Shown one piece after another: positions 20,367 to 29,079 of a stretch of 64,000 bases of DNA; position 1 is the first letter of the stretch, and each line of letters starts with the position of its first letter. The stretch is taken from assembly GCA_963662945.1 (NCBI GenBank), contig OY759974.1, forward strand, positions 64,001 through 128,000, in the 5' to 3' direction. The translations under genes were made by a program, and so were the position numbers. A model generated the notes under the pieces. That model saw only the letters and a program-made list of their open reading frames with translations. It was not told the origin of the DNA and did not search any database. The stretch is from Arcobacteraceae bacterium. Lineage in GTDB: Bacteria > Campylobacterota > Campylobacteria > Campylobacterales > Arcobacteraceae.

Positions 20367-20600
20367 ATGGCTGACTTTCACTATAGTTATGAAGTGTGTA
20401 CTTGTAGAAAAGTCACACTTGGAGAGATAATTCACGCTATAAAAGAGCAGGGTGCTACAACTATTGAAGAGATTGGAGAGCTTACAGATGCTGGAACTGC
20501 TTGTGGTTGTTGTAAATGTGAAGCAGATGATTTTGGGCAACCTAAGATGAAACTGTATTTAGAACAGATATTAAAGAAGTTTGTAAACAATGGAAAATAA
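20367..20600 (+). CDS. BFD-like [2Fe-2S] protein
   Basis: VCTC..V...EI..AI...AGTACGCC. Confidence 0.85.
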   Translation: MADFHYSYEVCTCRKVTLGEIIHAIKEQGATTIEEIGELTDAGTACGCCKCEADDFGQPKMKLYLEQILKKFVNNGK

Positions 20601-20799
20601 TAAATTAGAACTCATAGAAGAGATAAAACAGCTTATAAGTGTAGATGGTACAACAATAGATATAAATCCTAACTATTTAGAGTATTTTGAACTAGAAGAG
20701 TTAGAAGATATAAAACAACAACTTTTGAACAATAAATCAAATGTAAACTCTTTTACAAAAGGGTATGTAGAGGAACTCTACGAGAAATTTTCACAATAA
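20590..20799 (+). CDS. hypothetical protein
   Basis: 69-aa acidic ORF overlapping the end of the upstream gene. Confidence 0.65.
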   Translation: MENNKLELIEEIKQLISVDGTTIDINPNYLEYFELEELEDIKQQLLNNKSNVNSFTKGYVEELYEKFSQ

Positions 20800-20856
20800 C
20801 CAGAAATTTAAGGTATAGTTAATAGTTTATTGACTATAATTCTCGTCCAAAAACAT

Positions 20857-20931
20857 TCCGGCATAGCTCAGCGGTAGAGTAGATGACTGTTAATCATTTG
20901 GTCCCTGGTTCGATCCCAGGTGCCGGAGCCA
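20857..20931 (+). tRNA. tRNA-Asn(GTT)
   Basis: Acceptor stem tccggca/tgccgga, D arm agctcagcggtagagt, anticodon loop ctGTTaa, T loop ttcgatc, encoded CCA; TATAAT at 20835-20840. Confidence 0.97.
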
Positions 20932-20987
20932 CTTTTCTTTAAATATTACACTTATAAAATCAAAATAATTTTTAAATGTAATCAATT

Positions 20988-21078
20988 CCTACATTCAACT
21001 TATAAGTGCAACACACGATTCGCAATTATGCCACCAATTTCCTTGAAACTTCACTCATAAAAACTTCATAAGGTGTTT
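20988..21078 (-). mobile_element. IS30-family remnant (terminal inverted repeat plus transposase C-terminus)
   Basis: cctacattcaacttataagtgcaac resembles IS30-family IRs; the minus frame reads ..TPYEVFMSEVSRKLVA* (stop 21026-21028), like an IS30 transposase tail. Confidence 0.7.
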
Positions 21079-21392
21079 CATTCCTTTGAAATTAATGGTA
21101 AAAAATACCCTTAAAACCGCTTATTGTAGGATTGGATGATATTGATTGAATAATAGTGTTACTTATATCACTGAGCGTGGTCGAAGAATGTTTGATGACA
21201 TTCCTATTGGTAGATTGATGAAAGTATATACTTAATTAAAACTTAAATCATGTGACAGATTTTGTGACATTAGTATGATAAACTAGCAGTAAAGCTTTAA
21301 AGGTATTTATACTTTAACATTGCAGTTTGCAATATTTTTAAGTGAAATCAAAATATGTGTTATGATTTTTAAAAATCATAAAAGGAAATAAA

Positions 21393-22160
21393 ATGAATGA
21401 AGAAAACCCTATAAATAATTTACTAAAGAATCTTTCGGAAAGCTATAGTAGATTATATCAGTTTATTAAGAGTCCAAAAATTGAAATTAATAAAAATATT
21501 TTCAGTAATACTATGGCAGATTTTGTAATTTCATTTTCTATTGTATTTTTTATAATACAATTATTAAAAGAATTGCTACCTGATTATTTATCTATTAAAC
21601 CATTAGAGCTATTAAATGTTATTCAATTTGGATTCATGTTAGCCACAAATGTATTTTTACTTGCATTTATTTTTTGTATTTTATTTTGGTTATTAAATAA
21701 AATTAGAAGAATTGATAATATAAGTTTAATATTTTATCAAGTCATAAAAACATACTCTATTATGAATATCTTTATTGTAGTAATATTTACAATTTTACTT
21801 GATAAAATATTAACGAATAATACAACAAATTGGACTTTACTAGAGAGTTTTATTGCAATAGGATTAACTATTGCAGTATTGTATATGTTTTATAGATTAT
21901 TGTTAAAGCCTATTGCTGTGTTCTTGACAACTTATTTTTCAAAAAAAACTTCTTATATAATAAGTATAGCTAGTATTTTTATTGCATTAAATATAAATCA
22001 ACCTATATTTACTAAGTATTTTATAAATGTGATAGATAAAGAAGAAATATGTAAGCAATATGTAGAATTGAATTTTCAACAAGATATTACTGATATGAAA
22101 AAGAATAAAGATTGTATGATTGGAAAATGCTTAAAAGAGTTTAATAACTATTTTAAATAA
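21393..22160 (+). CDS. hypothetical multi-pass membrane protein
   Basis: AAGGA RBS; about 5 hydrophobic segments; C-terminal soluble tail with three Cys. Confidence 0.75.
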   Translation: MNEENPINNLLKNLSESYSRLYQFIKSPKIEINKNIFSNTMADFVISFSIVFFIIQLLKELLPDYLSIKPLELLNVIQFGFMLATNVFLLAFIFCILFWLLNKIRRIDNISLIFYQVIKTYSIMNIFIVVIFTILLDKILTNNTTNWTLLESFIAIGLTIAVLYMFYRLLLKPIAVFLTTYFSKKTSYIISIASIFIALNINQPIFTKYFINVIDKEEICKQYVELNFQQDITDMKKNKDCMIGKCLKEFNNYFK

Positions 22161-22173
22161 TAGGAGAAAGAAT

Positions 22174-23247
22174 ATGAAGTTTGTACAAAAAATAAAAGAT
22201 GTTTTCAAGATGTTTTTAAAAGATCAAATACAAGAGAAATCGCAAGATCAATTAAATTATAAAAATAAAAAAGCTAATCCTATTCTAATAATTAGAAGTG
22301 ATGGGTATTCTTATGAACAATTTGATCCAATGTTACATGATATAAATAAATATTTTGATGAGATTTTAGAACTACTAAAAGTAAAAAATAAACATGGTAA
22401 AGATGTTAAAATTAAATTGTCTTTAGAAGCAACTAATCCTGATACTATAAAAGCATTTGCAATTAGAACTAATAAGGAGTTAGGAGAATATGAAATTAGA
22501 ATGTCAGCAGGGCTTTCTTATCATATATGGTTAACTTCAAGATTTGTAATGGCAGATTACGAATATTTTACTTGGGCTAATAATTGTCAAGTTATAGATG
22601 AAGAACTTAAATCAAAAAATATTAAAGAGATTTTAGCAGATTCTACATACCACTTATTAACTTATTATATATTGTTACACGAATTATCTCATATTCTTTT
22701 AGGACATTGTGATTTTATTCAAGATAGGATGGAAATTAACTCTCTTGATGAATTTAAAGATGAAAGAGAGTTATTGAAAGAAGAGGTCTTAATTAGAAAA
22801 GCTTTTGAAGCTGATGCTGATAGACAAGCTGGAGAGTATTTAATAGCAATATTCAATGCTTCACTTGGAAATGATGGTTTAGGTGTTAAATTTAAATTTC
22901 CTAATAGAGAAGCAGTATTTGAATTTTATACATATAGTGTAACATCTATTTTTACATTACTTCAACAGTTTTCTTTACGACAAGAAACTATTCATCCTTT
23001 ACCTAATGAAAGACAAAGTATAGTTATAACTGCTATGAGAAGATACTTTGAAAAGTATAATATTAAAGATTCAGAAGCAATTGTACTTCTTTCAATGATT
23101 TATATGATGGATGCAGCTCAAAAGTTTGGACTAATAGGTTCAATGGATTCTTTAGATATTGTAAATAACATAGAAAATATGGGTTGGGTAGCAGAAATTT
23201 TAAATCAAACTAAGATAAAAGAATACCAACATAAAATTATTATATAG
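22174..23247 (+). CDS. HEXXH zinc peptidase, Lit/peptidase U49-like
   Basis: AFAI, ILLHELSHILLGH, FEADADRQA, TIHPLPNER; AGGAG RBS. Confidence 0.7.
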   Translation: MKFVQKIKDVFKMFLKDQIQEKSQDQLNYKNKKANPILIIRSDGYSYEQFDPMLHDINKYFDEILELLKVKNKHGKDVKIKLSLEATNPDTIKAFAIRTNKELGEYEIRMSAGLSYHIWLTSRFVMADYEYFTWANNCQVIDEELKSKNIKEILADSTYHLLTYYILLHELSHILLGHCDFIQDRMEINSLDEFKDERELLKEEVLIRKAFEADADRQAGEYLIAIFNASLGNDGLGVKFKFPNREAVFEFYTYSVTSIFTLLQQFSLRQETIHPLPNERQSIVITAMRRYFEKYNIKDSEAIVLLSMIYMMDAAQKFGLIGSMDSLDIVNNIENMGWVAEILNQTKIKEYQHKIII

Positions 23248-23258
23248 GGATATAAAGT

Positions 23259-25601
23259 ATGATTTTAAAACCAAAAAAAACAAATGATCCTTTAAAAAAA
23301 GAAATTGAAAAAGCTAAAAGGAAATTAAAAAATGTTTCTGCTCCAAGTAAGCTTGAGCAACAAGAAAAAACAAAATATTTAGAAAAAGAAGTTTTACCAA
23401 AAATTAGAGAAGATATAGAAAATCTAATTAAAGAAATTCAAAATGATTTATTAAGTTGTAATCCAATTCAAACATTAGAAACACTTTCTTTTTTATATAG
23501 CATAACAACACCTGATAATTTACTTGAAGATATAGATAGTATGAAAAGTGCATATTTGGATTATGTACATAGCTTAATAAGTTCATTAAAAGGTTATGAT
23601 TTAAAAGGGGAGTTAAATGATGCAATATTAACAAATATTCAAAAAAATATAGTAGAACTACATAATCAAATAGTGTTTTATTTTATGATTATTGGAACAG
23701 ATAAGGATGGAACACCTGATAAAACAAGATTTCTTCAAATGTTAAACCATTTAGTAATAAGAGGTTTATCTTATTCAAATCATCAATATTCGTTATGTAA
23801 AGAATTATTTTCAAATTATGATCAAATATTACAAAAAAAATATTTTATTAATGCAGAAGAATTAGTAGATGAATTAAAAAAGATTATTGAATCTCCTGAA
23901 CACAATATAAATATTCAAGGGCGGTATATGGTTGAGATGAAAAAGTCTCATGAGCAATTTATAGTTGATAGCAAACAAGCCGAACTAGATAATAGAATTG
24001 AAGAATTTATGTTAAATTATAAAGATTCAGAAGCTATTCAAGATACAAATAAAAGATTACAAAAAATATATGATGAAACAGCTATTTCATGTAATGACTC
24101 AATTTTTAAAATACATAATATATCACTTACTAATGAGTTACTAGATAATATTAGTCTTCAATTTGGAGATAATACTTCATTTAAAGAAGGCACTATAGAT
24201 TATTTTCCTACTAATGAATCATTAATTTATGAAAAGCCTTTGATTAAAAATGATGATGAATATTTTTGTTTTAATCCAGCAACATTAACACATAGTTTGC
24301 ATATGGTACTAGAAAATCTAATTCTCAATGAAATACCTGAAAATAAAAGGGCAAAACAATACTATAAGAAAAAAGGAGATTATTTAGAGGGAAAATCACT
24401 TAAATTATTTCAGGAAATTTTACCTAACTCTGAAATATATCAAAATTTAAAATATGATATTGATGATGAAGTTGATGGGATAGTGATATATGATAATAAT
24501 ATATTAATAGTTGAGGCAAAAAGTAATAAGTTTACTTTAGAAGCTAAAAAAGGTAGTCTTGATAGAATTAAAAGAAATACTAAAGATATTGTAGATAAGG
24601 CATATCAACAAGCTATTAGAGCAAAAGAATACATATTATCAAATGAGATAATTGAATTTAGAGATAAAAATAAAAATGTTGTTTTAAAATTAGATACTAC
24701 AAAAATAAATAATATATATTTAATTAATACAACTCTTGAACCATTAATGCATATTACATCTAATTTAAACTCTTTAAAAGAGTTCGGACTTATAAAAGGC
24801 AAAGATTGGATTTGGTCAGTGTATCTTAATGATTTAAAAATCATATCTGAAATAATTGATTCTCCTACAGAATTTATATTATATTTAGAAAGACGAATTA
24901 AATTTAATGATTATCCGCAAATACATTCTGCTGAAGAAATTGATATTTTTGGTCATTTTTTAAGTAATGGATTATATTATGATGATATAGATTTTCCAAA
25001 AGAAAACTATTCAATGGTTACAACTGGATTTTGTGAAGAAATAGATCAATATTATTTTGCAAAAGAAGGAATTTTAGATAAAAAGGTTTCAAAACCTAGT
25101 TTTATTAATAAATCTCCACTAAAACCCTTAATATTAAAATTAGAAGAATCTAAAATTGACAATTTTTCTATTGTTTCAAAACTTTTACTGAATTATTCAG
25201 GTGATGATCAAAATATGATTTTTGAACAAGTAAATTATATTTTAAATGGTAGAAGAAAAAACTTTTCAATGAGTATTAATCATAATAATATTGGATTTAC
25301 ATTTTGTCATGAAAACTACCCAAATATAGAAGATATGGAGTTTTATTGTAAAATAATGTCCTATGACAAAAAAGTAAATAATTGGGTATTAATTTTAATA
25401 GATGGAAACCATATTAGTAATATTGATGTGAGTTTTAAATATTTTACATTCACTAATGACTTTGATGAACAATTAGAACAAGAAGTAAAAGAATTGAAAG
25501 AAAGAAGGATGAAGCAAACTTTAAATGTTCAAAAGAAAATTGGAAGAAATGATCCTTGTCCTTGTGGTAGTGGTAAAAAATATAAAAAATGTTGTATTTA
25601 G
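23259..25601 (+). CDS. NERD-type PD-(D/E)xK nuclease domain protein with C-terminal SEC-C motif
   Basis: KGDYLE, EVDGIVIYDNNILIVEAKS, AYQQAIR; C-terminal KIGRNDPCPCGSGKKYKKCC. Confidence 0.8.
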   Translation: MILKPKKTNDPLKKEIEKAKRKLKNVSAPSKLEQQEKTKYLEKEVLPKIREDIENLIKEIQNDLLSCNPIQTLETLSFLYSITTPDNLLEDIDSMKSAYLDYVHSLISSLKGYDLKGELNDAILTNIQKNIVELHNQIVFYFMIIGTDKDGTPDKTRFLQMLNHLVIRGLSYSNHQYSLCKELFSNYDQILQKKYFINAEELVDELKKIIESPEHNINIQGRYMVEMKKSHEQFIVDSKQAELDNRIEEFMLNYKDSEAIQDTNKRLQKIYDETAISCNDSIFKIHNISLTNELLDNISLQFGDNTSFKEGTIDYFPTNESLIYEKPLIKNDDEYFCFNPATLTHSLHMVLENLILNEIPENKRAKQYYKKKGDYLEGKSLKLFQEILPNSEIYQNLKYDIDDEVDGIVIYDNNILIVEAKSNKFTLEAKKGSLDRIKRNTKDIVDKAYQQAIRAKEYILSNEIIEFRDKNKNVVLKLDTTKINNIYLINTTLEPLMHITSNLNSLKEFGLIKGKDWIWSVYLNDLKIISEIIDSPTEFILYLERRIKFNDYPQIHSAEEIDIFGHFLSNGLYYDDIDFPKENYSMVTTGFCEEIDQYYFAKEGILDKKVSKPSFINKSPLKPLILKLEESKIDNFSIVSKLLLNYSGDDQNMIFEQVNYILNGRRKNFSMSINHNNIGFTFCHENYPNIEDMEFYCKIMSYDKKVNNWVLILIDGNHISNIDVSFKYFTFTNDFDEQLEQEVKELKERRMKQTLNVQKKIGRNDPCPCGSGKKYKKCCI

Positions 25602-25664
25602 GCATATAAGTAATAATTTAAAATCAAAGTAATGTTTAGAGTTACTGAAAACCATCCTATAAAG

Positions 25665-25692
25665 AATAGCTTAAACCAATAGCTATTTTTTT
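25665..25692 (+). terminator. probable terminator after the island operon
   Basis: aatagct/agctatt stem followed by a T run. Confidence 0.5.
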
Positions 25693-25776
25693 AGGTATTA
25701 CTTTATTGTTTGCTTTTTTGAGTATTTTTAACAGAGTATTCAAAAAAGGGGACAGTCCCCATCCAATATCCTTCAG

Positions 25777-25857
25777 CATTCTAGAAATCTTTTTAAACCA
25801 ACTTTGTTTAGCAATATTACAAGCATCACAACCACAATTTTTAGGTATATATAAAAT
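25777..25857. repeat. degenerate direct repeat, copy 1 (copy 2 at about 26283-26387)
   Basis: Both copies share cattctagaaatcttttt, aaaccaactt and atattacaagcatcacaaccacaatttttaggtatatataaaat. Confidence 0.85.
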
Positions 25858-25917
25858 ATTTAATCACTTCTTTTAAAATATTTGTTATAATTATCACAAT
25901 TAAAAGAGGTTATTAAA

Positions 25918-26235
25918 ATGTCAGTATTAGCAAAGAGTGAAATTTTATCAAAATTAAAAGAACTAAAACCACAGTTTGACAAAGAAGGTTTTATTATAAA
26001 AGCATTATTTGGTTCTTACTCTAGAGATGAAGCAACTGAAAATAGTGATATTGATATACTCGTAGAAGCTACACCTGAATTTGCAAATAAATATGGTTTT
26101 CAAGCTATTAATAGAATCAAAGAGATACAGTCTGAAATAAGTAAATCTGTTGGAGTCCCTGTTGATTTAGCTGATAGTTCAGGTATGGGAAAAACTGCAA
26201 AAAAATTTATCTTAGATAGAGCAATATATATCTAA
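25918..26235 (+). CDS. minimal nucleotidyltransferase (MNT/MntA-type antitoxin)
   Basis: LFGSYSRDEATENSDIDILVE and VDL; GAGG RBS, TGTTATAAT extended -10 upstream. Confidence 0.9.
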   Translation: MSVLAKSEILSKLKELKPQFDKEGFIIKALFGSYSRDEATENSDIDILVEATPEFANKYGFQAINRIKEIQSEISKSVGVPVDLADSSGMGKTAKKFILDRAIYI

Positions 26236-26290
26236 AGAATCTATAAGTAAAATATATTTAATAATTAAAACGTTAAATTCACCATTCTAG
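26228..26290 (+). pseudogene. probable remnant of a HEPN (DUF86) toxin N-terminus
   Basis: The frame overlapping the MNT stop (ATAtctaa instead of ATGtctaa) reads ISKESISKIYLII and then stops within 21 codons. Confidence 0.45.
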
Positions 26291-26435
26291 AAATCTTTTT
26301 AAATCTTTTTAAACCAACTTGTTCTATTAAATCTTGTTTTGCTATATTACAAGCATCACAACCACAATTTTTAGGTATATATAAAATTATTTTCTCATTT
26401 TCTTCTAATTGCATTTCACTTTTTCTTTTTAACAT
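26265..26435 (-). CDS. small Cys-motif protein (56 aa, CGCDAC), possibly frameshifted at the 3' end
   Basis: AAAGGA RBS then MLKRKSEMQLEENEKIILYIPKNCGCDACNIAKQDLIEQVGLKRFKKISRMVNLTF*; below the ORF-track cutoff. Confidence 0.55.
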   Translation of the reverse strand: MLKRKSEMQLEENEKIILYIPKNCGCDACNIAKQDLIEQVGLKRFKKISRMVNLTF

Positions 26436-26703
26436 AAGTATTCCTTTTTCACTTTTAATGAGCGAAAGTATATAGATGAAAAGTTACAAAATCGTTACAG
26501 AAAATTAAGGATAAGAAAAAGTTATTTTATTGTATTAGTTGTTATTTAACTTTTACTTATCATTTTAAAATCAAATTATTTTTCTAAAAATAGTAACAAT
26601 ATCTTTTTCAATAAATTGACAAAAATGTACATTTAAACTATCTCAAAGCTTGAAAGTTGTAAAAATCAACTTTTAAAACTAACTTTACACTTTTGGGGCA
26701 AAA

Positions 26704-27597
26704 ATGAAAATAGAAAAACTATATGACAAAGAGATAGAAGATATTTTAGAATACGATGATTTTCTAGAAGCTCTTAAAAACAATTCTTCAGAAGACTTTT
26801 TAAAAGATTTACATAGAAAGTATCAATACAGATCACAAGAAGAGTCACTTCGAGTTCTACAAGTAGAACTACTCAAACTGCAAGAACACCTTGAAAAACA
26901 CAATGAAAAGATGATAATACTAGTTGAGGGTAGGGATGCTTCTGGAAAAGGTGGAGCGATACGAAGAATCACACGATATATGAATGAAAAACACTATAGA
27001 GTAGTAGCACTTGGTAAACCTTCAGATGTGGAAAGAACTCAATGGTATTTTCAAAGATATATCCAACAGTTTCCAAAAGCTGGAGAAGTAGTTATCTTTG
27101 ATAGAAGTTGGTACAACAGATCGATGGTTGAGCCTGTATTTGGATTTTGTACACAAGAAGAGTACGAAACATTTATGAAAACTGTTACAAGATTTGAAGA
27201 AGATTTGATTACTCATGGTATTCACTTCTTAAAAATATATTTTTCTGTTTCAAAAGATGAACAAGCAAAAAGATTTGAAGAAAGAGAAGAAAACCCTCTA
27301 AAACAATGGAAACTAAGTGAAATAGATATCCAAATGCAAGAAAGATGGGATGAATTTACAGCAAAAAAATACAGAATGTTAAAAGAGACAAATACAAAAA
27401 AATCTCCTTGGACAATCATAAGAAGTGATGATAAATTTATAGCTAGATACAATGCTATAAAAACTATTTTAAATAAAGTTGACTACGAAGGGAGAGATGA
27501 AAGAATAGATTTCTCTGTAGATCCAGATATCGTTATCTCTGCTGAAAAAGAACTGGAAAATATGGATCAAACAGCAAATAAGACTTCACAAGGGTAA
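26704..27597 (+). CDS. ppk2: polyphosphate kinase 2
   Basis: EGRDASGKGG, QWYFQRY, FDRSWYNR, LKQWKLS. Confidence 0.95.
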   Translation: MKIEKLYDKEIEDILEYDDFLEALKNNSSEDFLKDLHRKYQYRSQEESLRVLQVELLKLQEHLEKHNEKMIILVEGRDASGKGGAIRRITRYMNEKHYRVVALGKPSDVERTQWYFQRYIQQFPKAGEVVIFDRSWYNRSMVEPVFGFCTQEEYETFMKTVTRFEEDLITHGIHFLKIYFSVSKDEQAKRFEEREENPLKQWKLSEIDIQMQERWDEFTAKKYRMLKETNTKKSPWTIIRSDDKFIARYNAIKTILNKVDYEGRDERIDFSVDPDIVISAEKELENMDQTANKTSQG

Positions 27598-27618
27598 TGA
27601 AGTCTTAGCTTTTAAACT

Positions 27619-28221
27619 CTAAAGAAGTTTAAAAGTTCGTAAAACAGTTCTTGTTCCACCTGCAGCTATAGTTTGTTCTGCTCGGAAAGTAAGATCTGAC
27701 ATCTCTTTTAAAAGTGAATCAAAAAGCTCATCATAACTATATGTTGGATAATCACTTTGAAGTGCAAGTTTATTGTAGTCTGTATCTGTTAAGCCTTTTT
27801 TAGTCCATTTTTTCAAGGAATTATGAGAGATAGAGTAAGCAAAATTTATAAGTCGATTATCACTCTCTTGTGCATTTAAAATAACACCTCGAATTCCTTT
27901 GTCATTTAAAATATCGATAAAGGTATCATTGATATTTTCTGAGTGTATCACTACTGGCATATTATTTACCAAAACCAATTCGCTAGATTCTGTGATTCGA
28001 AGAGCCATACAGTTTTTATCTTTTTTATCTTTAAATTCAATAGGCAGAGTATATTTAAATCGTTCATATTCATTACAAATATTTTGAGTTTTTTCTAATT
28101 CTTCTTTTGTAGTAGGATTGATTATAAAATATTCTACTCTCGTATCTTCAATCAACTCTTCAAGTTCTTCCAAAAAATCCTCATCTATACCCTCTAATGC
28201 TATATTCATATCTAAAACCAT
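27619..28221 (-). CDS. hypothetical protein, possibly a degenerate TatD-like barrel
   Basis: AGGGG RBS; PVVIHS, GVIL and LALQSDYP loosely echo TatD motifs. Confidence 0.6.
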   Translation of the reverse strand: MVLDMNIALEGIDEDFLEELEELIEDTRVEYFIINPTTKEELEKTQNICNEYERFKYTLPIEFKDKKDKNCMALRITESSELVLVNNMPVVIHSENINDTFIDILNDKGIRGVILNAQESDNRLINFAYSISHNSLKKWTKKGLTDTDYNKLALQSDYPTYSYDELFDSLLKEMSDLTFRAEQTIAAGGTRTVLRTFKLL

Positions 28222-28374
28222 ACGACCCCTTTAATATAATTGATTTTTATATGCATTTATTATACCTACAAATAATATGATATTTTTAAATTCCTGTAAC
28301 TGTTATGACTATATTTCTACCACTTGCATAACCTTGCCAAGTACCAAGATTTAGTTTTTCTTTTTGTATTATCT

Positions 28375-28887
28375 TCATTCTATACCGTTATACCATACTT
28401 TTGATTTATCAAATCGATTAACTTCTTTTAAAAAGTTGTCTTTGTATCCAAGAGCTACTAAACAAAGTGGTTTTATAGTTTGTGGGAGTTTAAAATAGTT
28501 TGTAATGAAATTTATCTTTTGTTCTCGTGGATGAATAGCAACCCAAACAGAACCTATCCCTAAATCTGTAGCGCTTAAAAGTATATTTTGTGTTGAAGCA
28601 CTTGCATCTTGTACCCAATATAATTCACTTAATTCATCATTCACTTCATAACATACTATGATGGCATGACTTGCATCTTTACACATCTTTCCATGTTCTA
28701 TATTTGAAGCTATATCACTAAGTATATTTACATCATCAACTACTATAAACCGAAAGCCCTGTTGATTTCTAGCTGTTGGTGCACACATTGCACACTCTAA
28801 AATAGTTTGAATATCTTGATTATCAATTTGTTTATCATTAAAAATACGGGTACTTCTTCTTTGTTTTATAGCTTCAATTGTATTCAT
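28375..28887 (-). CDS. nitroreductase family protein
   Basis: IKQRRSTR, APTARNQQ, QNILLSATDLGIGSVW, LGY. Confidence 0.92.
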   Translation of the reverse strand: MNTIEAIKQRRSTRIFNDKQIDNQDIQTILECAMCAPTARNQQGFRFIVVDDVNILSDIASNIEHGKMCKDASHAIIVCYEVNDELSELYWVQDASASTQNILLSATDLGIGSVWVAIHPREQKINFITNYFKLPQTIKPLCLVALGYKDNFLKEVNRFDKSKVWYNGIE

Positions 28888-29079
28888 ATATTCCCTTTGA
28901 ATATTTTGATAAAAAGTATATCATCTTTTCATAATATTGAAATAAAAATCACTATTAACTTAAATAAAACTTAAAATATGTGACAATATTTATCTCTTGC
29001 TTTGTTATAATGGTAGTATATATAATAATTTTATCTCTTGGTAATATCTAATTATAATCAATTTTTGGAGGTTAGAATA

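Noticed and set aside
21168-21186. tcactgagcgtggtcgaag as a REP-like repeat
   Set aside because: No complementary arm or second copy was seen; it is better explained as part of a coding remnant (ITERGRR).
25540-25601. secA call from the SEC-C motif
   Set aside because: The protein has no SecA ATPase motifs; only the zinc tail is shared.
20932-26700. Intact integrative element or prophage at tRNA-Asn
   Set aside because: No integrase, no phage genes and no duplicated tRNA 3' end (attR) were found by eye.
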